From Gammaproteobacteria bacterium (GTDB lineage: Bacteria > Pseudomonadota > Gammaproteobacteria > JBIOEC01): a DNA stretch of 32,000 bases. The stretch spans positions 60,001-92,000 of the forward strand of contig OZ257143.1 in assembly GCA_965279305.1 (NCBI GenBank). Reading direction: 5' to 3'. The translations under genes and the position numbers were made by a program. Position 1 is the first letter of the stretch. Every line of letters starts with the position of its first letter. Shown here one piece after another: positions 8,509 through 17,087 of this stretch. A model generated the notes under the pieces. The model did no database searches. It was given only the letters and a program-made list of their open reading frames with translations, and was not told the origin of the DNA.

Positions 8509-11326
8509 AAAGTCGTTTCTCTCCTGGACCATCTATATTTTCTATACAACGTCCGCAAATTTCGGGATGCGCCGCATGTTGGCCTACATCTTCTACCCTA
8601 TGCCAGCAACGTCCGCATTTAGGATTTTCAGAAGGTTTAATACTGATCCACACATTGGGTATTTCAGTTTGTATGGCATCCGCACTTTTATTTTCTAGAG
8701 GCAATACTTTTGCACCAGAAGTAATAAAAACAAATCGTAATTCGTTTTTTAATTGCTCTAATTGCGAGAATATTTCGCCATTGGTATATAAAGTCACTTC
8801 GGCTTCTAAGTTTGATCCAATTTTTCCATCGGCTCTCACTTGCTCTAACGCTTTATTCACCACTTCACGCACTTTCATCACTTGTTGCCAGTAAACGGTA
8901 TTCATAGCATTGGTTTCTGCTAAAGGTTCAAGAGCGTTATACCATTGGGTTAAGAAAATAGAATCTTCTTTTTCACCGGGCACATAAGACCAAATTTCTT
9001 CGGCAGTAAAACTTAAAATAGGCGCCATCCAACGCACTAAAGCTTGTACTACATGATACATAGCCGTTTGTGCAGAGCGACGTGCACGACTATCCGTGCC
9101 TAATGTATATTGCCTGTCTTTGATAATATCTAAATAAAATGCACCTAAATCTACGCTACAGAAATTATGTAACTGTTGATAAATCACATGGAATTGATAA
9201 TTTTCATACGCTTGAATGATTTGATTTTGTAAATCATGTGTTTTTCCAATTAACCATTGATCTAACGCTAACAATTCATCATAAGCTAATAAATTTTTAT
9301 TTGGATCAAATCCAGACAAATTCGCTAATAAAAACCGTGAGGTGTTACGAATACGGCGATATGCTTCTGCTGCACGTTGTAAAATTTCATCAGATACATG
9401 TAATTCAACGCGGTAATCAATAGCCGCTACCCACAAACGTAAAATATCGGCGCCCATTTGATTAATCACTTTTTGTGGAGATACCACATTGCCTATTGAT
9501 TTAGACATTTTTCTGCCCTGCGCATCTACCGCATAACCATGCGTTAACACCATTTTATAAGGCGCTTCATGATACATACCAATAGATGTTAATAAAGAAG
9601 AATGAAACCAACCTCTGTGTTGATCCGAACCTTCTAAATAAATATCGGCAGGCCACATCAGTTCTTGACGTTGTTGTAACACACAATAATGTGACATACC
9701 TGAATCTAACCATACATCTAAACCATCTTTAATAGGCGCATAGTCTTTGGCGTCTTCGTTTAATAAAATTTCAGGATCCAGGTTGTACCAAATTTCCATA
9801 CCATGATCTTCAACCATATCCGCCACTTGTTCCATTAGCTCAGGCGTACGCGGATGCAGCTCACCGGTTTCTTTATGCACATATAAGGTGAGCGGTGTGC
9901 TCCAAGTACGTTGGCGCGAAATACACCAATCAGGTCGTTGTTCAATCAAACCATAAATACGCGCTTCACCCCACTCAGGGATCCATTTCACTTTTTTAAT
10001 GGCTGCTAAGGCTTCTTCACGTAAATGATTGGTTTCCATTCCAATAAACCATTGTGGAGTGGCTCTGAAAATCACAGGCGTTTTGTGGCGCCAGCAATGA
10101 GGGTAACTATGGGCGACTTTTTCAAAATGAATGAGTGCACCTTTTTCACGTAGCACTTCGATAATATTATCGTTGGCTTTCCAAATCATTTGCCCGCCAA
10201 ATAAAGGTAAATCTTTGGTGTACACGCCATTAGGGCCAACATCATGGGTAATTGACAATCCATAGGCTTGCCCTACATAATAATCGTCTAAACCATGAGC
10301 AGGTGCTGTATGCACAGCTCCGGTACCCGCATCAGTGGTGACATGATCACCCAATACCATTAATGAATCTCTATCATAAAAAGGATGGCGTAATAATACG
10401 CGATCAAATACTTTGCCTTTAGCGCGTGCGAGCACTTCAAAATGAGTTATTCCATAACGCTGCATGGTAGAATCTAATAATGCTTCCGCTAAAAATAAAC
10501 GACGTGCTTTTCCATTAATAGTGCACTGAACTAATACATAATCGAGTTCAGGGTTAAGCGCAACACCGTAATTCGCGGGTAATGTCCATGGTGTGGTTGT
10601 CCAAATCACTACGTTAATATCACCATCACCAGATTTTTTAATATCTTCAAATAATTTTAAAAATGCCGCTTCATCTTTTACTGGAAACCCCACATCAATA
10701 GCAGGTGAAGTTTTATCTTTATATTCTACTTCCGCTTCTGCTAAAGCAGATGCACAATCCATACACCAATAAACCGGTTTGTAACCTTTAAATAAATGTC
10801 CGTTACGAACAATTTTAGCGAGCCCGCGAATAATATTGGCTTCATAACCAGGCGCCATAGTGAGATAAGGATGTTCCCAATCACCTAATACACCTAAACG
10901 AATAAAATCGTCGCGCTGTTTATCTACTTGTGTGGCTGCATATTCTCTGCAGGCTTTTCTAAATACTTCAGGGGTTACATCAACGTTCGCTTTACCAATT
11001 TTTTTTTCTACATTTAATTCAATCGGTAAACCATGACAATCCCAACCCGGCACATAAGGTGCATCAAATCCGCTAATGGATTTGCTTTTGGTAATCATAT
11101 CTTTCAGAATTTTATTCACCGCATGACCAATATGAATTTCACCATTTGCGTAAGGAGGACCATCATGCAAAATAAATTTAGGGCGCCCTACTGCTGCACC
11201 ACGCATACGATGATATAAATCCATGTCTTTCCAGCGCTGTAAAATAGCTGGCTCACGCTGTGCTAAATTCGCCTTCATAGGAAAATCAGTTTGAGGAAGA
11301 TTTAGCGTATCTTTGTACTCAGCCAT
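8501..11326 (-). CDS. ileS: Isoleucine--tRNA ligase
   Basis: [21 protein letters not shown] matches the E. coli IleS N-terminus. HIGH motif (HIGHAVNK), KMSKS motif, and a C-terminal Zn finger CGRCWHR...CGRC are present. The start is taken at 11326 rather than the track's 11362. Confidence 0.95.
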
Positions 11327-12485
11327 GTGCAACGTCCTTTCTGTTCTTTTTGAAAATACCAAATTTTTCTAGCACTAATGCGAAACCACCATTACCAACC
11401 ACATTGGCAGCCGTAATAACGGGGTCAAATAAAATGTAAAGCGCCGTGATCAGCGACAACATTTCGCCATTAAAACCCAAATGCTCTTCTAGCAAGGGTA
11501 ATATCACTAATACACCGCCACCGGGAATACCAGCAGCAGATAAACGGGCTAATACAAAATATAATCCGAAAATAACAAATGTGATGAGTGATGGCTCTGC
11601 AACACCATAGTTTTTCATAATGGCGTAAGCAAAAATAGTAATCGCAATACAGTCGCCTAATAAATGAATATTCACGGTAGCAGGAACAATAGAGCGCGCC
11701 GTGTCTTTATCTTTAGCATTTTTTTCCACGCCAATAATGGTAAGAGGCATGGTCACCGCACTAGACATAGTGCTAAATGCTACCATAGCGGCTGGGAACA
11801 TATTTTTAATGCTAGTCAGGGTTGCCCTCACTTTAAAGTTATTAGCCAATAAATACAGGAATGCAATATATAGAATTTGTGATAAGGCAATTACAACAAA
11901 GATCATCGCGTAATCTTCTACAATGATTTTCATCACCCCATCATATTGAAGCTTAACCACAAAGCCCGCCACAAACACAGGGATCAGGTACACGAATGAT
12001 TGAAGGATGCGGTTAACAATAATATCTAAATAATTTGCTATTTTATTAGCAAAGTCAGCTTTAAACATGCCGCCCAAAATACCTAAGAGCACGCCTGCAA
12101 TCATGGCTTTATCATTGGCAAATACTTCAGGAATTAACAACAGCCAACTAGGCTGTAAGCTCTCCCCTGAATTCGGTGTAATTAACGATAGATCAAAGGT
12201 GTAAATCCACTCACCTAGATAATGGCTTAAAAAAGCAGAGAGAAAATTAGAGAAACACACAGCAACTAAAATCATTAAAATAACCCGGGTGGCATTACTG
12301 GCCAACCCCAAAGCCACCTTAAATAAGAGGCCAAATATGATAAGAGGCAATAGGAAAATAATCAGGGATTTAATAGACAAACTAGCGGCATACAAAAACG
12401 ACTTCACTTCTAGGGGTATAAAGCTATCCAATAGCACTATAGACAAAATAATAACCAGTAAAATTACGGGCATCTTGCTAAACAT
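11319..12485 (-). CDS. Dicarboxylate/amino acid:cation symporter (DAACS/SLC1-like) family transporter
   Basis: 388 aa polytopic protein. Family-like motifs are [13 protein letters not shown] (SSxxTLP-like), GIPGGGVLV and [11 protein letters not shown]. The substrate cannot be assigned. The stop overlaps the ileS start by 8 nt. Confidence 0.7.
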   Translation of the reverse strand: MFSKMPVILLVIILSIVLLDSFIPLEVKSFLYAASLSIKSLIIFLLPLIIFGLLFKVALGLASNATRVILMILVAVCFSNFLSAFLSHYLGEWIYTFDLSLITPNSGESLQPSWLLLIPEVFANDKAMIAGVLLGILGGMFKADFANKIANYLDIIVNRILQSFVYLIPVFVAGFVVKLQYDGVMKIIVEDYAMIFVVIALSQILYIAFLYLLANNFKVRATLTSIKNMFPAAMVAFSTMSSAVTMPLTIIGVEKNAKDKDTARSIVPATVNIHLLGDCIAITIFAYAIMKNYGVAEPSLITFVIFGLYFVLARLSAAGIPGGGVLVILPLLEEHLGFNGEMLSLITALYILFDPVITAANVVGNGGFALVLEKFGIFKKNRKDVAHG

Positions 12486-12596
12486 ATATAGATCCTTGTG
12501 AGGTGAAACTTATATTATAGAGAATTTGGCCATTATACGAGAATTTAGAAAGGTAGGCTAATTAAGATAAGGCTATAATAGAAATTGGCTTTTTTA

Positions 12597-12625
12597 TTGA
12601 CTTTTCTAACTCATCATAATATAGT
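12597..12625 (+). promoter_or_regulatory. Candidate sigma70 promoter of the kinase operon (TTGACT-17 nt-TATAGT)
   Basis: TTGACT lies at 12597-12602 and TATAGT at 12620-12625, with an exact 17-nt spacer. It is about 32 nt upstream of the kinase-1 ATG (12658) in the 172-bp divergent intergenic region. This is a motif match only. Confidence 0.35.
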
Positions 12626-12657
12626 TAGCTTTCCAATTTTAACAGCAGAAATCTACC

Positions 12658-14301
12658 ATGTTAGCCCGAAATACTGATATAAATCACAGTCAATTATATC
12701 AAAAGCTTGTATCGGCTCACCCTATTCTTTTAAGCGACCGGGAGTGGGATGCCGTACGAGAGTTTCTTACCGTGATCCCTTGGACTCCAGAAAATAGATC
12801 TGACGCAGACAATCCCAATTGTATTCTATATTTTCAATTCTCCGAATGGCTTCCTAACACTAATCTAGAGATAAGTCATTTTTTGGATTTCATTATCGCT
12901 AAAGCCAAAGCTCAAAATAAACCAGAGATAGCAAGCCTTGCCACGAACAAAGCTCAAGAATTTATGAAACAGATACTCATCGAACGCCAACTGGCCGATA
13001 GCTTAGAAAGTGATGATGAAGAGGAGAAAGAGGAAGATTCCGACTCAGAAGCGCCTAAACCACGTCGAAGAGAACGAGTTTATTCAACTGATGAATTAGC
13101 ACAAGCAGCTGCTGAATTAGCACAAGCAGACACTCTTGCTACGAAGATTCTCAATTATTTTCCCTATGGAAGCCATACCTTTTCACACCAAGTACAAACC
13201 CTACAAAAAATAGGTGCTGGTGGATTTGGAAAGATTTATAGAACACGTACCTTATCCAATCCTAATATAGAAAGCATTGTTAAACATCTACCTGGTGTCA
13301 AAAATAAAGAGATACTAACTGAAGTCGCTATCATGATGGCATGCAAAAGCCCTTATGTAATGAGATGTATGGGTTTACAAATTGGTGAGACCACTATTAA
13401 AATTATGATGGAAGAAGCTACAGGCGGATCTCTTCTAGACTTTTTAAGGAGTGCCCATTTAGACATAGCAGCAAAAACCGATCTCTCATTAAAAATAGCA
13501 CTGGGTCTTCTCCAAGTTCATGAAATGAATTTCATTCATAGCGATGTGAAACCCGGCAATATTTTAATTGCCTATAATAGTACTACTAAAGAAATTACAC
13601 CAAAAATCTCTGATTTTGGAAGTGCACATTCAATAGCAACAGAAAACCCAACATTTATTTCAACTTTTATTCGAACCGATTTAGCATACTGCGCACCTGA
13701 AATTCTTGAACAATTTTCACCTGTTAGAGATCTTGCAATTACTTATACAGCCAAAGTAGATCCTTATGGCTTAGCACTAACTTTTTTCGAAATATATACT
13801 GGGCAAGAACCTTTATCATGTGAAATTTATGAAGAAAATTTTTACTCTGAAGAACCTAAAAATTATGTTTTAAATAATTACGATCGCTATCGAAAACACG
13901 ATGAAGAAGTGATGAAACGTAGTCTTGGTGCTTCACCTATATTAAAAGAAATAATTGAATTAGGACGAGAAAGAGATCCCCATCAAAGACCTGATATCAA
14001 AACAATTGTTCGAATGCTTGTCGGCGCAAAAAAAGAACATCAAGAACATATAAGAGAAGTAAATAATTTGTTTGGTGCACAAAAACCTATGGAAGTTCCA
14101 CATGAACCAATAACCGTTTTAACTCAAGATCAGATACTTGCTGAAGCACGAGAATATATAGCACTAAATCTCCAAGCTATACTAGAAGATGAAGTTCTAG
14201 AACGCCCTGACACAGGCCTAAAAACAATTGAAGAAAATGTTATCTATGCGCCAACACCTAAAAGAGCTCGTACGAATACAGAACTTGATCCACCAAAATA
14301 A
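12658..14301 (+). CDS. Eukaryotic-like (Hanks-type) Ser/Thr protein kinase, paralog 1 of 4
   Basis: 547 aa. G-loop IGAGGFGKIY, beta3 Lys in SIVKHL, catalytic loop HSDVKPGNILI (non-RD), ISDFGSA, YCAPE, RDPHQRPD. The N-terminal ~170 aa is a non-kinase module shared with paralogs 2-4. There is an acidic tract SDDEEEKEEDSDSE followed by PKPRRRER, and the C-terminal tail contains PKRAR. Confidence 0.85.
   Translation: MLARNTDINHSQLYQKLVSAHPILLSDREWDAVREFLTVIPWTPENRSDADNPNCILYFQFSEWLPNTNLEISHFLDFIIAKAKAQNKPEIASLATNKAQEFMKQILIERQLADSLESDDEEEKEEDSDSEAPKPRRRERVYSTDELAQAAAELAQADTLATKILNYFPYGSHTFSHQVQTLQKIGAGGFGKIYRTRTLSNPNIESIVKHLPGVKNKEILTEVAIMMACKSPYVMRCMGLQIGETTIKIMMEEATGGSLLDFLRSAHLDIAAKTDLSLKIALGLLQVHEMNFIHSDVKPGNILIAYNSTTKEITPKISDFGSAHSIATENPTFISTFIRTDLAYCAPEILEQFSPVRDLAITYTAKVDPYGLALTFFEIYTGQEPLSCEIYEENFYSEEPKNYVLNNYDRYRKHDEEVMKRSLGASPILKEIIELGRERDPHQRPDIKTIVRMLVGAKKEHQEHIREVNNLFGAQKPMEVPHEPITVLTQDQILAEAREYIALNLQAILEDEVLERPDTGLKTIEENVIYAPTPKRARTNTELDPPK
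13093..13129 (+). repeat. In-frame 21-nt tandem duplication inside kinase 1 (ELAQAAA/ELAQAD)
   Basis: GAATTAGCACAAGCAG occurs at 13093-13108 and again at 13114-13129 (period 21 nt). Confidence 0.8.
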
Positions 14302-14312
14302 GTAGTACTATT

Positions 14313-15686
14313 ATGTCAACACAATACATTAGAACTTTATATAACAAGCTTTTTAACGATGTAGCTCTAACACCTCAAGAATGGAAAACGGTAGGAGAAT
14401 ACTTAAACACCATCACTCCTTCTGGCGTTCCCATTAACAATAGATTTAATTATTTAGCTAAATTACGTCGTTTCTTATTTTTAAGAAAATTCAGCCCTGA
14501 ATTTATTTATAAAGATAGCAACCAAGCAACTTCATTAATTGCTCGAATTATGAGCAAAGCTCATAAAGATAAAAACAATAATATCTATCAACAAGCAAAA
14601 TCCATGCTACCAGATTTCCATGCATATCAAATAGAAAAAATCTATAACAAACCTATTTCAATTGAATTAATGAACTCCTTCCCCGAAGATGAAATTTTTG
14701 CTGATGAAATTGATTTACGGGATCAAAGAAATATAGCGGAAGGTTCTTTTGGTAGTATTTTCATGACCCGATCAGCTTCTTATTTTACTGATCTTAACGA
14801 AAATCTCATTATAAAAAAACCAAAAGACAATAATGACAAAACAGAAATTAATAATATCTTAAATGAAATTCGTGCGCTTACTCACTTTTCTAACACAAAT
14901 AATATCATTCACATACAAGGAATATCGATTGGTAAAACCATAGGCATAGTTCTTGAGCATATGATTGCTGGCTCTCTCGGTAATTATTACATGAACAATT
15001 TTGATATATTAACAATTAATGACAAAAGAAATATTGCATTTCAAGCTGTTAATGGTGTACATGAAATGCACAGCTTAGGTTGGCTTCATCGTGATCTCAC
15101 CATAGGAAATATACTGGTTAATATCAACCCTGATGATAATAGTTTCACTATAAAAATATCGGATGTAGCAAGTGCTGTAAATACTCTAACTCACACAGAA
15201 ATAGAAAAAGGCACGGTTACCACGTGGGCTTATTGCGATCGAGGGTTATTGATCAATTCCGCCAGATCATATGCTGATAAAAAACCACGTGAATTTAAAT
15301 ATAACACAGCTACCGATGTATTTTCTTTAGGACCTGTTCTATACATTATTTTTACGGGAGAACCTAATGCATGTTTTTATCAACACCATGAATTATTGGA
15401 TGCGGAATCGAAAAGAGTAAAACGTGCTGATAAAGACACAATCAAAGCTGCTCATAAACATGAAGTAGAAATGATAACAACATTAGCAAACAATCATCCT
15501 GATTATTGTGAAGCAGATAAAAAAGTTATTATGGCTGCACCTATTCCTGATAGATACAGTGAAATAATTGTTCGATGTTATGATGCCCAAGCTGATAAAA
15601 GACCAAGCACCACTGAAATATTGGATATTTTCGCAGCTCCTATACCTAAACCACTCGCTAGAACTAGTCAGTTGGGACCGATCTAA
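14313..15686 (+). CDS. Eukaryotic-like protein kinase, paralog 2 of 4 (atypical catalytic motifs)
   Basis: 457 aa. G-loop AEGSFGSIF, LIIKKP (beta3 Lys), NEIRAL (alphaC Glu), HRDLTIGNILV (catalytic-loop Lys replaced by Thr), ISDVASA in place of DFG, YCDRG in place of APE, ADKRPS. The N-terminal module LYNKLFNDVALTPQEWKTVGEYLNTI is shared with the other paralogs. Confidence 0.8.
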   Translation: MSTQYIRTLYNKLFNDVALTPQEWKTVGEYLNTITPSGVPINNRFNYLAKLRRFLFLRKFSPEFIYKDSNQATSLIARIMSKAHKDKNNNIYQQAKSMLPDFHAYQIEKIYNKPISIELMNSFPEDEIFADEIDLRDQRNIAEGSFGSIFMTRSASYFTDLNENLIIKKPKDNNDKTEINNILNEIRALTHFSNTNNIIHIQGISIGKTIGIVLEHMIAGSLGNYYMNNFDILTINDKRNIAFQAVNGVHEMHSLGWLHRDLTIGNILVNINPDDNSFTIKISDVASAVNTLTHTEIEKGTVTTWAYCDRGLLINSARSYADKKPREFKYNTATDVFSLGPVLYIIFTGEPNACFYQHHELLDAESKRVKRADKDTIKAAHKHEVEMITTLANNHPDYCEADKKVIMAAPIPDRYSEIIVRCYDAQADKRPSTTEILDIFAAPIPKPLARTSQLGPI

Positions 15687-15687
15687 T

Positions 15688-17076
15688 ATGAAAAGAACAA
15701 AAACATCAACTCCTTCAGGTGAAGGTAAAAGAATTAGAACAACGCCGTCTTATGAACATGGGGGAATAAATTATAGCGATCTTTACAGAAAAGTAAGTAC
15801 TGATATTGAGGCTCTTTTATCAGACGAAGAATGGCTTAAAATAGTAGATTATTTAAATATCATACAGGTTAGATCAAGTCTTCCTTTATCTCCTGAATCC
15901 GTTTTAAATAATGATACTATTATGGCCTCTCTTTCTATAGAGTGGATCCCACCTGAAGATAATGCACTTATTGCTGAATTCATTAATAAAATTATTATAA
16001 AATCTCAATTACAAAATAAAATTGAAATTACACGGCTAGCCGAAAGAAAACGTCGTGAATTCATTTATTCAGAGCTTAAATATCATTTTTCTCAAGAAGT
16101 TTCACAAAAAATATTGGATCAATTGCCAAATTATGCTCTTACAAGCGATAAATTAGAAGTTGAAAAAGAACTAGCAGAAGGTTCTCATGGTAGCGTATTT
16201 AAAATTAAAAAAACAAAATACAGTGTTTTTGCTTTACCACTTGTGGCGAAAAACGCTAAACCAGGAAAAAACCAATTTTTAATTAATGAAATCCGCACGT
16301 TAAGTCATATAACTAATCATCGAGGAAACCCGTATATTACGAATTTTTTAGGCTTACATTTTGGTCCTAATCATTTTTTAAGTGTTTTATCTGAATTTGC
16401 TCCACGTGGAGATCTTTTAAATCTTCTTAAATCAACAACAGTAGTACCTGAAGATAAAATAAAAATAACGACACAAATGGCTTTAGCTTTAAATTATTTA
16501 CATAGAATTTCTTGTTTGCATTTAGATTTAAAACCAGAGAATGTATTAATTTTCTCGGATAACATGGGAATTCGAATTAAATTAACAGACCTTGGATTAT
16601 CAAAATTAAAAACTGAATTTAGCTCAAAACATGCAAAAGGAACTATTGATCACATGGCGCCTGAAATTTTATCACAGGCATTAAAGCCACCTATTTTATA
16701 TACTAAAAAAGTTGATGTTTTTAGTTTTTTTTCTGTTCTATTTTCAATCCATCTTCAAATTTCTCGTTCCAATACTAAAACTCTAGAAGAACCTATACCT
16801 GATGGCAAACCAAGACATGTTCATGTATTAGAAAATTTTTCACGAGACCTATCAAATGATATGACTTTAATAAATGATTCAAAACCTGAAATTCCAGTGC
16901 TGAAAGAACTCTTGTTTAGCACTGGAAAAATGAATCCTGATGAACGACCATACATGGATGAAGTACTTAAACAAATAAATTTACATGATCCAAAAACCGG
17001 AGTAAAAAAAGAATTACCTTCAAATGCTCCATTGCCTACTACTAATACAAGCTCTAGCAGATCTCAACCACATTAA
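15688..17076 (+). CDS. Eukaryotic-like Ser/Thr protein kinase, paralog 3 of 4
   Basis: 462 aa from the ATG at 15688, one nt after the kinase-2 stop. The track start at 15568 would overlap kinase 2 by 119 nt. Motifs: AEGSHGSVFK, LVAKNA, NEIRTL, HLDLKPENVLI (non-RD), LTDLGLS (DLG), GTIDHMAPE, NPDERP. The N-terminus is MKRTKTSTPSGEGKRIR, followed by the shared module DLYRKV..LSDEEWLKIVDYLNII. Confidence 0.85.
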   Translation: MKRTKTSTPSGEGKRIRTTPSYEHGGINYSDLYRKVSTDIEALLSDEEWLKIVDYLNIIQVRSSLPLSPESVLNNDTIMASLSIEWIPPEDNALIAEFINKIIIKSQLQNKIEITRLAERKRREFIYSELKYHFSQEVSQKILDQLPNYALTSDKLEVEKELAEGSHGSVFKIKKTKYSVFALPLVAKNAKPGKNQFLINEIRTLSHITNHRGNPYITNFLGLHFGPNHFLSVLSEFAPRGDLLNLLKSTTVVPEDKIKITTQMALALNYLHRISCLHLDLKPENVLIFSDNMGIRIKLTDLGLSKLKTEFSSKHAKGTIDHMAPEILSQALKPPILYTKKVDVFSFFSVLFSIHLQISRSNTKTLEEPIPDGKPRHVHVLENFSRDLSNDMTLINDSKPEIPVLKELLFSTGKMNPDERPYMDEVLKQINLHDPKTGVKKELPSNAPLPTTNTSSSRSQPH

Positions 17077-17087
17077 GGATTATAATT

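Noticed and set aside
12486-12657. Possible effector-type regulatory boxes (PmrA-like TTAAT direct repeats, CpxR GTAAA repeats) upstream of the kinase operon
   Set aside because: I found only a loose GGCTA..GGCTA direct repeat and an isolated TATAAT. Nothing matches the consensus sites as I remember them, so this cannot be supported without a PWM scan.
15568-15687. Upstream start for kinase 3 giving a 502-aa protein (track ORF)
   Set aside because: It would overlap kinase 2 by 119 nt in another frame. The ATG at 15688 follows the kinase-2 stop by 1 nt, and the extension shows no similarity to the other paralogs' N-termini.
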